Shown: positions 50,845-60,782, counted from the first letter of the stretch. The stretch: 63,306 bases of DNA from Actinomycetota bacterium (GCA_009886115.1 VFJJ01000019.1:1-63306); one strand, 5' to 3'. The notes: generated by a model not told the origin, from the letters alone. Translations and numbers: made by a program.

Positions 50845-52182
50845 CATGCCAGGGAAGGGTATGGGGGCCATCGCCCGCCGCCGCAAGGCTTCCAGCGCGA
50901 CCACTCGGCCGGCCCCGGTGAGGCGTAGCGAGGCGTTGGGCCAGGCGTGGTCGGTCTCGAGCAGTCCCAGAGCGATGAGGAGGTCCTTCAGGTTGGCGAC
51001 GGTCCAGCGCACCGCGTCGAGGTCGGGGGGCTCGCCGTCGACCTGATCGCGCCAGCCCTCCTCGGCGGCGACGATCCGGATCGGCTCGAGCGCGGCGTCC
51101 TCGGTCATCTCGTCACCTGCCGACAAGACGGCGAGGAAGAGCTCGCCGGTCGTTGCCGCGAACCCGGGCTCGCCGAACAAGGCCCCCGCCACGGAACGCC
51201 AGAGCGCTTCGGGATCGTCGAGGAGCGTGCGTCCCTTGGCCGTGAGCACGAGGGTGCGTCCCGAGCGCCTGACCAACCGCATCTGCTGGAGCAGCTCCCT
51301 GACCCGTTGGAGGTCGAAGAGGTCGTCCTCGGTTCGCGGCGGTCCACGGGTGTCGGCCACCCACCAGGCGAACTCGACCGCAGCCTCTTGAACCAACGCC
51401 CGGTTGAGGTTTCCGGTCTGGGTGAGCGTGAGGCCGTCGGCGGCTCGGGCGAGCAGCCACGTCACCGGCACGACGATGTTGCCGACCCCGTCGGGAACGA
51501 CGACGGGCTCGGGGAGCCGCCCGACGACCGGCGCAAGGAGATCGCGGCGCAACTCCGAGCCCCGGCCGTCGAGCCAGTGCTCGGCGCGCTCGGCCAGCAC
51601 GGCGACGCGCCACGATCGTCCGCCCAGGGTGATCTGGCTCGCGTCGATGAACGCCTCGGCGATGGCCACCTGACGGGTCTTCCAACCCCGGGCACCATGC
51701 ACGATGTCGCCGGCGGCGATGGCCAGCTCCAGCATCGCCGACGTGGCCGAGAAGGCCGCCGATTCGACCTCGCCCACGAGCGGACCCCACACGAAGTCGT
51801 CGAGGTCGGGCGGCACCACACCCGAAGCCTCGACGGCCTTGCGGAACGCGGCCACGCCGCTGGCGTGATCGACCTCGTAGGCGTCGAGCACGGCCACCGT
51901 CGTCGAGGAACGGCAGATCGCGGCGTAGCGCCCCAGGTCGAGCAGGTCGAACAGACGGGCCAGCGCGACGGCCATCCGCCCATGGTGGGCGCGATCGGTC
52001 AGGACCTTGACGGGGAGCTCGTACCAGAGCAGCTCTTGGAGCGACTGCTGGTCGGCTGCTTCGGGACCCGCCCCGAAGAGCAGGATGTCGATGAGCACCC
52101 GGGCGTCCTGGGCTGCCACCGGGTCGAGCTCCCGGAGCTTCGCCAGAGCCTGAGCCACCAGGGGGTCAAGGGTGTCGACCAT
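50842..52182 (-). CDS. Hypothetical protein (possible C-terminal winged-helix-like segments)
   Basis: Long ORF with typical GC3 usage; LTQTGNL.RA.V, LVLTAKGR and LRLTGAGR. Confidence 0.65.
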   Translation of the reverse strand: MVDTLDPLVAQALAKLRELDPVAAQDARVLIDILLFGAGPEAADQQSLQELLWYELPVKVLTDRAHHGRMAVALARLFDLLDLGRYAAICRSSTTVAVLDAYEVDHASGVAAFRKAVEASGVVPPDLDDFVWGPLVGEVESAAFSATSAMLELAIAAGDIVHGARGWKTRQVAIAEAFIDASQITLGGRSWRVAVLAERAEHWLDGRGSELRRDLLAPVVGRLPEPVVVPDGVGNIVVPVTWLLARAADGLTLTQTGNLNRALVQEAAVEFAWWVADTRGPPRTEDDLFDLQRVRELLQQMRLVRRSGRTLVLTAKGRTLLDDPEALWRSVAGALFGEPGFAATTGELFLAVLSAGDEMTEDAALEPIRIVAAEEGWRDQVDGEPPDLDAVRWTVANLKDLLIALGLLETDHAWPNASLRLTGAGRVVALEALRRRAMAPIPFPGM

Positions 52183-52311
52183 CGCCCCTAGTCTGACCCC
52201 GACGCTGGGCTCGGCCCGGCTCCGCCGACTCGACACCATGCTTCGGCAGACGGAACAGTTGGCGGGAAACGCCGCGCGGCCGCGGGGCGCACCACCTTCG
52301 AGGAGCGTTCT

Positions 52312-53559
52312 GTGGCGACGATCGACGTCTCAGGTGACACCGTCAGCGACGACCTCGTCGCCGACGTCCAGGCCCGGGTCGCCCGGCTGATCGCCGACAA
52401 CGCAGCCGCGGACGCCGACGAGAGGACGTTCCTCGGAGCCCAGTTCGACGCGGGCCTGGCCCGTATCCAGAACCGGATCGGCGACGGCGGTCTCGGCCTC
52501 CCAGCCAGGCTCCAAGAGCACGTCGACGAGGCGCTCGAAGCGGTCGGCCGGCGGTACCCGTGGCTGCGCAACCCCATGGGGATCGGCATGGTGGGTCCGG
52601 CGATCGCCGCGCACGGCACGGCCGAGCAGCGCCAGCTCCTCCGGGCTGCGTTCACCGCCGAGGAGATCTGGTGCCAGCTCTTCAGCGAGCCCGGTGCCGG
52701 CTCCGACGTCGCGACGCTGGCCACGACGGCCGTGCGCGACGGCGACGAGTGGATCATCAACGGCCAGAAGGTCTGGACATCGCTGGCGCATCGAGCCAAG
52801 CGGGGGCTCCTGATCGCCCGGACCGACCCCGACGTGCCCAAGCACGTGGGCATCACGGCGTTCATCGTCGACATGCACGCGCCTGGGGTCGAGATCAGGC
52901 CGTTGCGCCAGATGAGCGGCGGCGCCGAGTTCAACGAGGTGTTCTTCACCGATGTTCGGGTGCCCGACGCCAACCGGGTCGATGCCGAGGGCAAGGGCTG
53001 GACGGTCGCCGTCACCACGCTGATGAACGAGCGGGTGTCGATCGGGGGCGTGGTCGAACCCCGCAACAGCGGTCCGATCGGGCTGGCCCTCAAGGTGTGG
53101 GAGACCTACCTCGCCGGCGTCGGAGCCGGCGGCGGCGGTGTCGCCGGGCAGGTCGGCGGCGACGGGCGCGGCGACGCTCGGCGCGACGAGCTGATGAAGC
53201 TCTGGGTCGAGGCCGAGGTGTTGCGTCTCGGCAACATCCGGGCCCAGGCCCGCCGCGAGCTCGGCACCCCCGGGCCCGAGGGTTCGGTGCTCAAGCTCGG
53301 CGGAGCGCTCCTCTCGCAGCGCATCGCCCACTTCACCGTCTCGGCCATGGGCCCAGCCGCGTTGCTGCACGACGGCTACGCCCTCGGGCGCCAGGACGGG
53401 GATCCGGTCTCGTCCTTCCTGGGCGCGCAGGCCAGCACGATCGCCGGGGGAACCTCCGAGGTGATGCGCAACATCCTGGGCGAGCGGGTGCTGGGGCTCC
53501 CAGGAGAACCCCGGGTCGATCGCGACGTGGCGTGGAGCGCGATCCCGAAAGGGGTGTGA
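52312..53559 (+). CDS. Acyl-CoA dehydrogenase
   Basis: WCQLFSEPGAGSD, NGQKVWTS, FNEVFF, TTLMNER and IAGGTSE.MRN. Confidence 0.95.
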   Translation: MATIDVSGDTVSDDLVADVQARVARLIADNAAADADERTFLGAQFDAGLARIQNRIGDGGLGLPARLQEHVDEALEAVGRRYPWLRNPMGIGMVGPAIAAHGTAEQRQLLRAAFTAEEIWCQLFSEPGAGSDVATLATTAVRDGDEWIINGQKVWTSLAHRAKRGLLIARTDPDVPKHVGITAFIVDMHAPGVEIRPLRQMSGGAEFNEVFFTDVRVPDANRVDAEGKGWTVAVTTLMNERVSIGGVVEPRNSGPIGLALKVWETYLAGVGAGGGGVAGQVGGDGRGDARRDELMKLWVEAEVLRLGNIRAQARRELGTPGPEGSVLKLGGALLSQRIAHFTVSAMGPAALLHDGYALGRQDGDPVSSFLGAQASTIAGGTSEVMRNILGERVLGLPGEPRVDRDVAWSAIPKGV

Positions 53560-53565
53560 GCCCCG

Positions 53566-54564
53566 ATGGCCCCGTCGGCGTCTCGCTCGGGCGCGTCAGG
53601 CGCGGCGGGCGGCGCGTCAGCCCCGTCGGGCGCGGCGGGCGCGGCGGGCGCGGCGGGCGCGGCGGCAGCTCGGTCGGGACGGCTGGCCCAGGTCAGCTCC
53701 GGGGCATCGGGTTGGGTCGAGGATGCCTCGGCCGCAATCGAGCGCGACGGCTGCGTGATCGTCAACGACGTGATCGACGCCGAGACGTGCGACGACCTCG
53801 TCGCCGAGATCGAGCGGGCCGAGCGCGAGCACGAAATCGGCGAAGGCACCAACGACTTCGAGGGCTTCCACACGCGGCGCATCTTCAACGTGTTGGCCAA
53901 GGCGCCGCTGCTCGCGATGGCACCAGTCCATCCCTCGCTGCTCCCTGTCGTGGAAGCCGTGCTCGACCCGGGATTGTTGCTCTCGGGCATGACGGCCATC
54001 ACCATCGGTCCCGGCGAGACGCCCCAGCTGCTGCATTCCGACGACGGCATGATCACCCTGGCCCGTCCGCACCCGGCGACGATGGTCACGACGATGTGGG
54101 CGCTCACCGACTTCACCGCGGCCAGCGGCGCCACCCTGGTCGTGCCCGGCTCGCACCGGTTCCCGGGCCAACCCAAGCCCGGCGAGCACCACGACACGGT
54201 CGCCGTCGAGATGGCGCGAGGGAGTGCCCTCGTGCTCCACGCGAGCCTCTGGCACGGCGGCGGCGCCAACACCAGCGATCACCGACGCTTCGGCCTCTCG
54301 GTGCAGTACGTGGCCGGATGGTGCCGACAGCAGCAGAACCTCATGCTGGGCCTCGACCGCACGACCGTGGCCGGCTTCCCACGCCGGCTGCAGGAGCTCA
54401 TCGGCTACTCGATCTACCGGGCCGTCATGGGCCACGTCGACCGCCGCCACCCCTCATTCCTGCTCGGCGACGAGCAGCCGCTGGCCATGGTCTGGGACAA
54501 GCTGGGCGGCGTCGGTCGGGGCGAGGCACCCGGCTCGCTTCCGGGCTCCGGGGAACACCGATAG
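53566..54564 (+). CDS. Phytanoyl-CoA dioxygenase family (Fe/2OG) protein
   Basis: Q.LHSDD (HxD), GAT.VVPGSH and LWHGGGAN; Ala/Gly low-complexity N-terminus, so the start is uncertain. Confidence 0.9.
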   Translation: MAPSASRSGASGAAGGASAPSGAAGAAGAAGAAAARSGRLAQVSSGASGWVEDASAAIERDGCVIVNDVIDAETCDDLVAEIERAEREHEIGEGTNDFEGFHTRRIFNVLAKAPLLAMAPVHPSLLPVVEAVLDPGLLLSGMTAITIGPGETPQLLHSDDGMITLARPHPATMVTTMWALTDFTAASGATLVVPGSHRFPGQPKPGEHHDTVAVEMARGSALVLHASLWHGGGANTSDHRRFGLSVQYVAGWCRQQQNLMLGLDRTTVAGFPRRLQELIGYSIYRAVMGHVDRRHPSFLLGDEQPLAMVWDKLGGVGRGEAPGSLPGSGEHR

Positions 54565-54574
54565 TCTCGGCCGC

Positions 54575-55702
54575 ATGCTCAGTCGATTCGACGACTATCC
54601 GATCCATCAGGTCCCGATCCCCATCGCCCACACGGGATCGGCCGATCGCAACCACTACGACCGCTACTTCTTCAACGGCTACCTGCCCGAGGGCGAGATC
54701 TTCTTCGGTGGGGCGATGGGCCTGTACCCCAACCGCCACGTGATCGACGGGGCCTTCAGCATCATCCGTGACGGTCGCCAGAAGAACGTCTACGCATCCG
54801 GCAGAGCGCCGGTCGAGCGCAGCCACACCCAGGTGGGGCCGATCCGGGTCGAGGTCGTCGAGCCCATGGAGCGCATCCGGCTCATCGTCGAAGGCGCCGA
54901 GCACGGCGTCGAGGCCGACGTGACCTTCGAGGCCCGGGCCGTGGCCGTCGAAGAAGAGCGCCAGGTCCGCAACTTCGCCAACGTGCAGGTGATGGACGTC
55001 ACCCGCTTCACCCAGAACGGCTCATGGTCGGGCTGGGTGGCGATCGACGGTGTGCAGCACACGATCGACCCTCGAGTGGCCCGCGGCACACGCGACCGGT
55101 CGTGGGGCATCAGGCCCGTCGGCGAGCCGCCTGGGGGCGCTCCGGCGTCGATGGGGAACCAGATCTTCTGGCTCTGGGCCCCGCTCAACTTCGACGATCG
55201 CTGCACCTACATCGCGTTGTTCGACGACGCCGAGGGCACGAAGTACTACCAGCACTCGCTGATCGCGCCCGTCCGCCAATCGGCCACCGACCCCACGATC
55301 GACCCCGGTGGCATCGCCAAGCTGATGCGCAACACCGACTTCACGATCGACTGGGAACCGGGCACCCGGCGGGCACGAGCGGCCACGATGACGCTGCAAC
55401 CGTACGGCTCCGAGGCGCCGCATCACCTCACCTTCGAGGTGCTCTACACGTTCCAGATGTGCGGCATCGGCTACTCGCACCCCCACTGGTCGCACGGCAC
55501 GTGGCACGGCGACCTCGAGGTCGGCGGCTCCGAATGGAAGCTGGCCGACGTCGACCCGATGGAGCGCCACAACCTGCACATCCAGAACATGTGCCGGGTC
55601 ACGATCGACGGCCAGCCCGGCTGGGGCATCCTCGAGCAGATCGCCGTCGGTCCCCACGGCCCCACCGGTCTCACCGGCATCCTCGACCCCGCCACCGGCT
55701 GA
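54575..55702 (+). CDS. Conserved hypothetical protein
   Basis: MLS.FDDYPIHQ, DRN.YDRYFFN, GLYPN, RDRSWG.RP and GILEQ...GPH; strong GC3 bias. Confidence 0.75.
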   Translation: MLSRFDDYPIHQVPIPIAHTGSADRNHYDRYFFNGYLPEGEIFFGGAMGLYPNRHVIDGAFSIIRDGRQKNVYASGRAPVERSHTQVGPIRVEVVEPMERIRLIVEGAEHGVEADVTFEARAVAVEEERQVRNFANVQVMDVTRFTQNGSWSGWVAIDGVQHTIDPRVARGTRDRSWGIRPVGEPPGGAPASMGNQIFWLWAPLNFDDRCTYIALFDDAEGTKYYQHSLIAPVRQSATDPTIDPGGIAKLMRNTDFTIDWEPGTRRARAATMTLQPYGSEAPHHLTFEVLYTFQMCGIGYSHPHWSHGTWHGDLEVGGSEWKLADVDPMERHNLHIQNMCRVTIDGQPGWGILEQIAVGPHGPTGLTGILDPATG

Positions 55703-55728
55703 GCCCCACCCCACCCCACCCCACCCCA

Positions 55729-55781
55729 CCCAAATTTGTGCAGTTTGCGTCGCCGGGCGACGCTGCTTGCACAAATTTGGG
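55729..55781. repeat. REP-like palindrome, left flank of the AbiEi/DUF559 gene
   Basis: CCCAAATTTGTGCA-GTTT-GCGTCGCC-G-GGCGACGC-TGCT-TGCACAAATTTGGG, preceded by a (CCCCA)n tract. Confidence 0.88.
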
Positions 55782-55804
55782 CGGGATTCGGACACTGGCG
55801 AGAC

Positions 55805-55826
55805 TGTCACACCCCTGTGGTGACAT
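55805..55826 (+). promoter_or_regulatory. Candidate PafBC/RecA-NDp-type DNA-damage promoter, leaderless
   Basis: TGTCAC-N10-TGACAT versus the mycobacterial consensus TGTCGG-N10-TANNNT; the ATG lies 7 nt after the -10-like hexamer. Confidence 0.5.
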
Positions 55827-55832
55827 AGGGGC

Positions 55833-56741
55833 ATGCGAGATCCGGCTGTCCACGTCATCGCCGACCGCCAACTGGGCCTGGTCACCCGCCACCAGGCCCG
55901 CAACGCGGGACTGCATCCGAGAACGATCGACCGTCGGTGCCAGGCCGGCATGTGGGAACGGGTGCTTCCCGGGGTGTACCGCATCGTCGGGGCAGCCACG
56001 TCGTGGGACCAGCGAGTCAAGGCCGCCGAGCTGGCATCCAGGGGCGTCACGTCGCACCGGGCCGCGGCCCAGATCTGGAATCTGCAGGGCATCAACACAG
56101 GCGGGCCCGAGGTGACCGTCGGCTACCGGTCGAGCGCACGGCTCGAGCGGGTCACGGTCCATCGCAGCGCCGACCTGGTCGAAGCGCACGTCACCGAGCG
56201 ACGCGGCCATCGCGTCACCGTGCCCTGGCGGACACTGGTCGATCTCGGCGCCGTCGTTCGCCCCCACCTCGTCGAGGTCGCGCTCCACGGCGCCTTGCGC
56301 CACAAGCTCGTCACGCTCGATCAGCTGATCGTCGAACGAGCGGGCATCGCCCGGCGGGGCCGCGACGGCGTGGGCGTGATGCGACTCGTGCTCGAACTCC
56401 AGGAAGGCACGCCGCCCCAGCTCGTGTTCGAGTCACAGTTCCTCCAGCTCTGCCGACACCTCGAACTGCCGACACCATCGCGTCAGGTCGCTGTACGCGA
56501 CCCCAGCGGAGTCACGATCCATCTCGACTTCGCCTGGCCGTCGGTCAAGGTCGCAGTCGAGGCGGTCGGATGGGAATGGCACAGCGGCCGCCTGGCCTTC
56601 GAGGACGACGCCCGCCGTGATGCCATCTGCGCCAGCCAGGGCTGGACGGTCGTCCCGGTCACCTGGCGCCAGTTGAACGACGAAACCGACTGGCTCGCCC
56701 GACGGCTGAGGATGGCTATCGAATATCGGCGCTCCGCATGA
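55833..56741 (+). CDS. AbiEi-like N-terminal HTH plus DUF559/Vsr-like endonuclease-fold protein
   Basis: A.RQ.G.VTR.Q...GL, WERV.PGVY, SHRAAA..W, VT.P.RT.VDL, ES..., DFAWP..KVAVE..G..WH...D..RD...GW.V..VTW. Confidence 0.85.
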   Translation: MRDPAVHVIADRQLGLVTRHQARNAGLHPRTIDRRCQAGMWERVLPGVYRIVGAATSWDQRVKAAELASRGVTSHRAAAQIWNLQGINTGGPEVTVGYRSSARLERVTVHRSADLVEAHVTERRGHRVTVPWRTLVDLGAVVRPHLVEVALHGALRHKLVTLDQLIVERAGIARRGRDGVGVMRLVLELQEGTPPQLVFESQFLQLCRHLELPTPSRQVAVRDPSGVTIHLDFAWPSVKVAVEAVGWEWHSGRLAFEDDARRDAICASQGWTVVPVTWRQLNDETDWLARRLRMAIEYRRSA

Positions 56742-56760
56742 CCGATTCCCTGCGATCTCC

Positions 56761-56810
56761 GTGCAGATTGCGTCGCCCCGCGACGCAATCTGCACAAATT
56801 TCGGGGGGGG
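56761..56810. repeat. REP-like palindrome, right flank of the AbiEi/DUF559 gene
   Basis: GTGCAGATTGCGTCGC-CCC-GCGACGCAATCTGCAC (perfect 16-bp stem) followed by AAATTTCGGGGGGGG. Confidence 0.88.
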
Positions 56811-56850
56811 TCAGCCCGTCAGCCCGTCAGCCCGTCAGCCCGTCAGCCCG
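56811..56850. repeat. 8-bp tandem repeat TCAGCCCG x5 spanning a stop codon
   Basis: Five exact units; the amidohydrolase stop is the TCA at 56835-56837. Confidence 0.9.
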
Positions 56851-58064
56851 AGCATGGCCCGGGCGTTGCCGCGCACGATCTTCTCGAGCTCGACGGGCGA
56901 CAGGCGCTCGGCGAAGGCGGCCACCATGGCGCCCGAGTGCGGCCAGGTGGAATCCTGGTGGGGGTAGTCGGTCTCGAAGGTGATCTGGTCGATGCCGATG
57001 GCGTCACGGGCCGAGAGGCCGAAGTCGTCGTCGAAGAAACACCCGAAGACGCGCCCCTTGGCATAGGTGCTCGGCGGCTCGACGATCGCCGGATCGAGGT
57101 CGATCCAGCCCCGGCTCTTCTTGAAGATGTTGTCGCAGCGCTCGAGCAGGAAGGGCATCCAACCGATCTGGCCTTCGGAGTACGCCAGCTTCAGGTTCGG
57201 GTAGCGGGCCAGTGCACCCGACATGAGCCAGTCGGCCATCGACACCTGCGCGTTCATGAACGTGAGCGCCACGCCGACGCCCGGCGGGGCATCGGCCGAC
57301 GATGTGGGCATGCGTGAGCCCGACCCGATGTGCATGCACACCACGGTTCCCGTCTCGTCGCACGCTTCGAGGAACGGGTTCCAGTGGCCATCACGGGCAT
57401 GGATCGACGGCAGCCCGAGGTACGACGGGAGCTCGGTGAACGCCACGGCCCGAGCACCCCGAGCGGCGTTCCTGCGCACCTCGGCGGCCGCGGCGACCGG
57501 GTCCCACAACGGCACAAGGCACAGCGGCAGCAGACGGCCGCCCGACTCGCCGCACCACTCCTCGATCATCCAGTCGTTGTTGGCCTCGACACAGGCATGG
57601 GCCAGCTCCCGGTCCTTGGCCTCGAGGAACGTCTGCCCGCAAAACCTTGGGAACGTTGGAAAGCACAGCGACGCCTCGGTGTGGTTGGCGTCCATGTCGG
57701 CCAGTCGGGCCTTCACATCGAAGCAACCCGGGCGCATCTCGTCGAAGGCGATGGGGTCGGTGGTGAGCGACTCGGGCGGGAACCCTGCGCAGGCCATCAC
57801 CTGCGGGATGGGCCGAACGAGGTCTTCGTAGACCCACACGTCGGTCGTGAAGCCCTCGGTAGCTGGGGCGAAGCGCACGGTCCCCGCGTCGTAGGTCTTG
57901 GCGACGGTCATCCGCTCGACCCGGGGGCCCTGCTCCCGAAAGCGCTCGGGCAGCCAGCGCTGCCACACGTGCGAGGGCTCGACCACGTGGTCGTCGACCG
58001 ACACGATGCGCGGCAGGCCGTCGAGCCAGCCGGCGACTCCCTGGTTCAAGTCGGTGAGCGTCAC
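56835..58064 (-). CDS. Amidohydrolase family protein (paralog of 9254..10468)
   Basis: PRIVSVDDHVVEP, PRFCGQTF, MHIGS and FETDYPHQDSTWP; GTG start after GGGAG. Confidence 0.9.
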   Translation of the reverse strand: MTLTDLNQGVAGWLDGLPRIVSVDDHVVEPSHVWQRWLPERFREQGPRVERMTVAKTYDAGTVRFAPATEGFTTDVWVYEDLVRPIPQVMACAGFPPESLTTDPIAFDEMRPGCFDVKARLADMDANHTEASLCFPTFPRFCGQTFLEAKDRELAHACVEANNDWMIEEWCGESGGRLLPLCLVPLWDPVAAAAEVRRNAARGARAVAFTELPSYLGLPSIHARDGHWNPFLEACDETGTVVCMHIGSGSRMPTSSADAPPGVGVALTFMNAQVSMADWLMSGALARYPNLKLAYSEGQIGWMPFLLERCDNIFKKSRGWIDLDPAIVEPPSTYAKGRVFGCFFDDDFGLSARDAIGIDQITFETDYPHQDSTWPHSGAMVAAFAERLSPVELEKIVRGNARAMLGLTG

Positions 58065-58084
58065 GTGAGTTTCTCCCTGGAGGC

Positions 58085-59809
58085 TTACAGCGAAACGGGG
58101 ACGGTGTCGCGGCCGGACCTGAGCACGGTGCCGGGGAGGTCGCCGGTCAGACCGCCGTCGACGACGATCTCGACGCCGTTCACCAGCACGCGCTCGACAC
58201 CCTGGGCTCCACCGGTCAAACGCCACGCCCCGCCGGGGAGGTCGTGGCTCACCTCGACGGGAGCCGGCCCGACGGTGTCGAGGTCGAAGAGCACGAGATC
58301 GGCACACCAGCCGGGCGTGATGCGGCCCCGGCCCCGCAGGCCGTAGAGCCGCGCGGGCACGTCGGTCACGAGGTGAACCGCCTCCTCCAAGCTGATGAGC
58401 TGCTTGGCACGGACGGCCTTGGCCAGGAACGCCGTGTGACAGTTGAAGGTCTGCATCTGATCGAGGTGCGCGCCGGCGTCGGAGCCCCCGATGATGACCC
58501 GCGGGTCGCGCCACAGCCGGGCCCGTTCCTCCCAGGCCTCGGGCACGTCGTCGGTGTTGGGCGGCTGGATGCCGGTCCGCAGGCCGTCGTCGAGCGCCAG
58601 GTCGAAGAGCGCGTCGATCGGACGGCACCCGCGTTCGCCGGCGATGTCGCCGATCGAACGGCCGACCTGCGACTGGAGGTGAGGGGAGGAAACATCGACG
58701 ATCGTGCTCTCGGCCAAGCGGGACATGGTGAAATGGGGTGACGCCTCGGCGCCGGCGAGCATCCGGGCCCGCACCTCGGGATCGGCCAGCGCCTCGCGCT
58801 TGCGCTCGTATGGCAGGTGCATGATCTCGGTCCAGCCGGCGATGAGGTCGTAGGTGAACCCAGTGAGAAGGTTGAGCCGCTGGCGCATGATGTCGGGCAG
58901 GCACAACGCCAACACCCGTCCGCCCAGCGCGGCCGCATGGTCGGAAGCCGCCAGCTTCGACGCTCGGTTCGCGGCCTCGGCCTCGCCCGGCCGCACGCCC
59001 AGAAGGTTCCAGTTCAAGGGGCGACGGGCGGCGAGCGACATGCGGGCCATGAGCTCGCACACCTCGGGGCTGAACCTGGGCTCGACCGTGGGGATGAACT
59101 CGATCGCCGTGCCCGCGCTCTCGGCGACCGCTCCACACAGGGCGAGGAGCTCCTCGTCGGTCGCCCAGCGCGATGGGACGGGCTGGCCGTTCGAGTCGTA
59201 GTGCGCGCTGGCCTTGGTGGAAGAGAACCCGAGCGCCCCTTCATCGAGCGATCTCCGCAGCAGCGCGACCATGGCGGCGATCTGCCCGGGGGTCGCCTCC
59301 TCGCCGACGGCCGCTTCTCCCATCACGCAGCGGCGGATGGTGCTGTGGCCGGCGAGGAACCCGGCGTTGACGCCGAGCCTGCCTTCCAGACGGTCGAGGT
59401 ACGAGCCGAAGCTGTCCCATTTCCAGTCGAGCCCGGCCTGCAATGCCGAGATCGGGATGCCCTCGACCCGCGACAGCATGTTGGCGATGTACTCGGGCAC
59501 TCCAGGAGCGATCGGCGCGATGGTGAAGCCGCAGTTCCCGGCAAGCACCGTGGTGACCCCGTGCAGGCTCGACGGGCTGCACGCCGGGTCCCACATCACC
59601 TGAGCGTCGTAATGCGTGTGCACGTCGACGAAACCCGGTGCCACGACGAGACCGCTCGCGTCGACGGTGCGGATGGCCGAGTCGGCATGGGCGCCGTCGT
59701 GGGCGCCGATCGAGACGATTCGGCCACCGCGGACACCGATGTCGGTCTGGCGGGCCGCGGCCCCCGTCCCGTCGACAACCGTCCCACCGGTGATCAGCAG
59801 ATCGAGCAC
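58085..59809 (-). CDS. N-acyl-D-amino-acid deacylase family amidohydrolase
   Basis: [35 protein letters not shown] and G..ADLV.FD. Confidence 0.9.
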   Translation of the reverse strand: MLDLLITGGTVVDGTGAAARQTDIGVRGGRIVSIGAHDGAHADSAIRTVDASGLVVAPGFVDVHTHYDAQVMWDPACSPSSLHGVTTVLAGNCGFTIAPIAPGVPEYIANMLSRVEGIPISALQAGLDWKWDSFGSYLDRLEGRLGVNAGFLAGHSTIRRCVMGEAAVGEEATPGQIAAMVALLRRSLDEGALGFSSTKASAHYDSNGQPVPSRWATDEELLALCGAVAESAGTAIEFIPTVEPRFSPEVCELMARMSLAARRPLNWNLLGVRPGEAEAANRASKLAASDHAAALGGRVLALCLPDIMRQRLNLLTGFTYDLIAGWTEIMHLPYERKREALADPEVRARMLAGAEASPHFTMSRLAESTIVDVSSPHLQSQVGRSIGDIAGERGCRPIDALFDLALDDGLRTGIQPPNTDDVPEAWEERARLWRDPRVIIGGSDAGAHLDQMQTFNCHTAFLAKAVRAKQLISLEEAVHLVTDVPARLYGLRGRGRITPGWCADLVLFDLDTVGPAPVEVSHDLPGGAWRLTGGAQGVERVLVNGVEIVVDGGLTGDLPGTVLRSGRDTVPVSL

Positions 59810-60039
59810 GGGCCCTCCCCGGTCGTGGGATCTCGAAGCGACCCTACCCGTGCCGCCGCAAACCACGCCCACGACGTTCCCCACCGCCCGAGCAAGGTCA
59901 CAACGACGTCAAGTGCCGTGGGCTACAGACCACGGCTCGCATTCGGACGTCGCCAGACCGAGGCGTCCAACCCTGTCACGCATCGCCGGCGCAAACCGCT
60001 GCGAAGCGCTTGAGCGGAGCGGTCGGTACGATCCGCACC

Positions 60040-60342
60040 GTGCAGCTCACGCCTCGCGAGGTCGACAAGCTGATGGTGTCGCTCGCCGCCATGGTGGCCC
60101 GCGACCGGAAGGCCCGGGGGGTGCGGCTCAACCATCCCGAGGCGATCGCTATCTTGTCGTCGTTCGTGCTCGAGGGCGCCCGTGACGGACGGACGGTGGT
60201 CGATCTCATGGAGGCCGGACGTCATGTCCTCGGTCGCGCCGACGTGATGGAGGGCGTGCCCGAGATGATCCACGAGGTCCAGGTGGAGGCCACGTTCCCC
60301 GACGGGTCCAAGCTGGTGACCCTGCACCAGCCGATCCCGTGA
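60040..60342 (+). CDS. ureA: Urease gamma subunit
   Basis: LTPRE.DKL, RG.RLNHPEA and [17 protein letters not shown]. Confidence 0.96.
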   Translation: MQLTPREVDKLMVSLAAMVARDRKARGVRLNHPEAIAILSSFVLEGARDGRTVVDLMEAGRHVLGRADVMEGVPEMIHEVQVEATFPDGSKLVTLHQPIP

Positions 60343-60782
60343 GCCTGAGCGCGAGGTCGAGCGAGCACCACGGCGGCGCGGGCGCAGTCCCGGGTGCCGT
60401 CGTGGCGGCCGAGGGCGACATCGAGCTCAACCCGGGCCGGGATCGGGTGACGGTCCACGTCGAGAACACCGGCGACCGGCCCGTGCAGGTGGGCTCGCAC
60501 TTCCACTTCGCCGACGTGAACGCGTCGCTGGCCTTCGACCGCAGCGCGGCGACGGGCTTCCGGCTCGACGTGCCCGCGGGCACCGGCGTGCGCTTCGAGC
60601 CCGGCGTCGAGCGCGACGTCACGCTCGTGCGTCTCGCCGGGGCCCGGGTCGTGCCCGGGCTGCAGATCCGCCGAGGGCATGGCGGCGGCGCGACCGACCC
60701 CGGCGCGACCGACCCCGGCGGGCAGATCCGCCGAGGGCACGGCGGCGGCGCGACCGGCGCCGTGGGGACGTCCGACCGATGA
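60339..60782 (+). CDS. ureB: Urease beta subunit with a duplicated C-terminal tail
   Basis: [15 protein letters not shown] and [14 protein letters not shown]. Confidence 0.95.
   Translation: MSLSARSSEHHGGAGAVPGAVVAAEGDIELNPGRDRVTVHVENTGDRPVQVGSHFHFADVNASLAFDRSAATGFRLDVPAGTGVRFEPGVERDVTLVRLAGARVVPGLQIRRGHGGGATDPGATDPGGQIRRGHGGGATGAVGTSDR

Noticed and set aside
58065..59138. N-terminal half of the 767-aa ORF 56835..59138 as a fusion protein
   Set aside because: Arg/Pro-rich off-frame reading of the deacylase gene.
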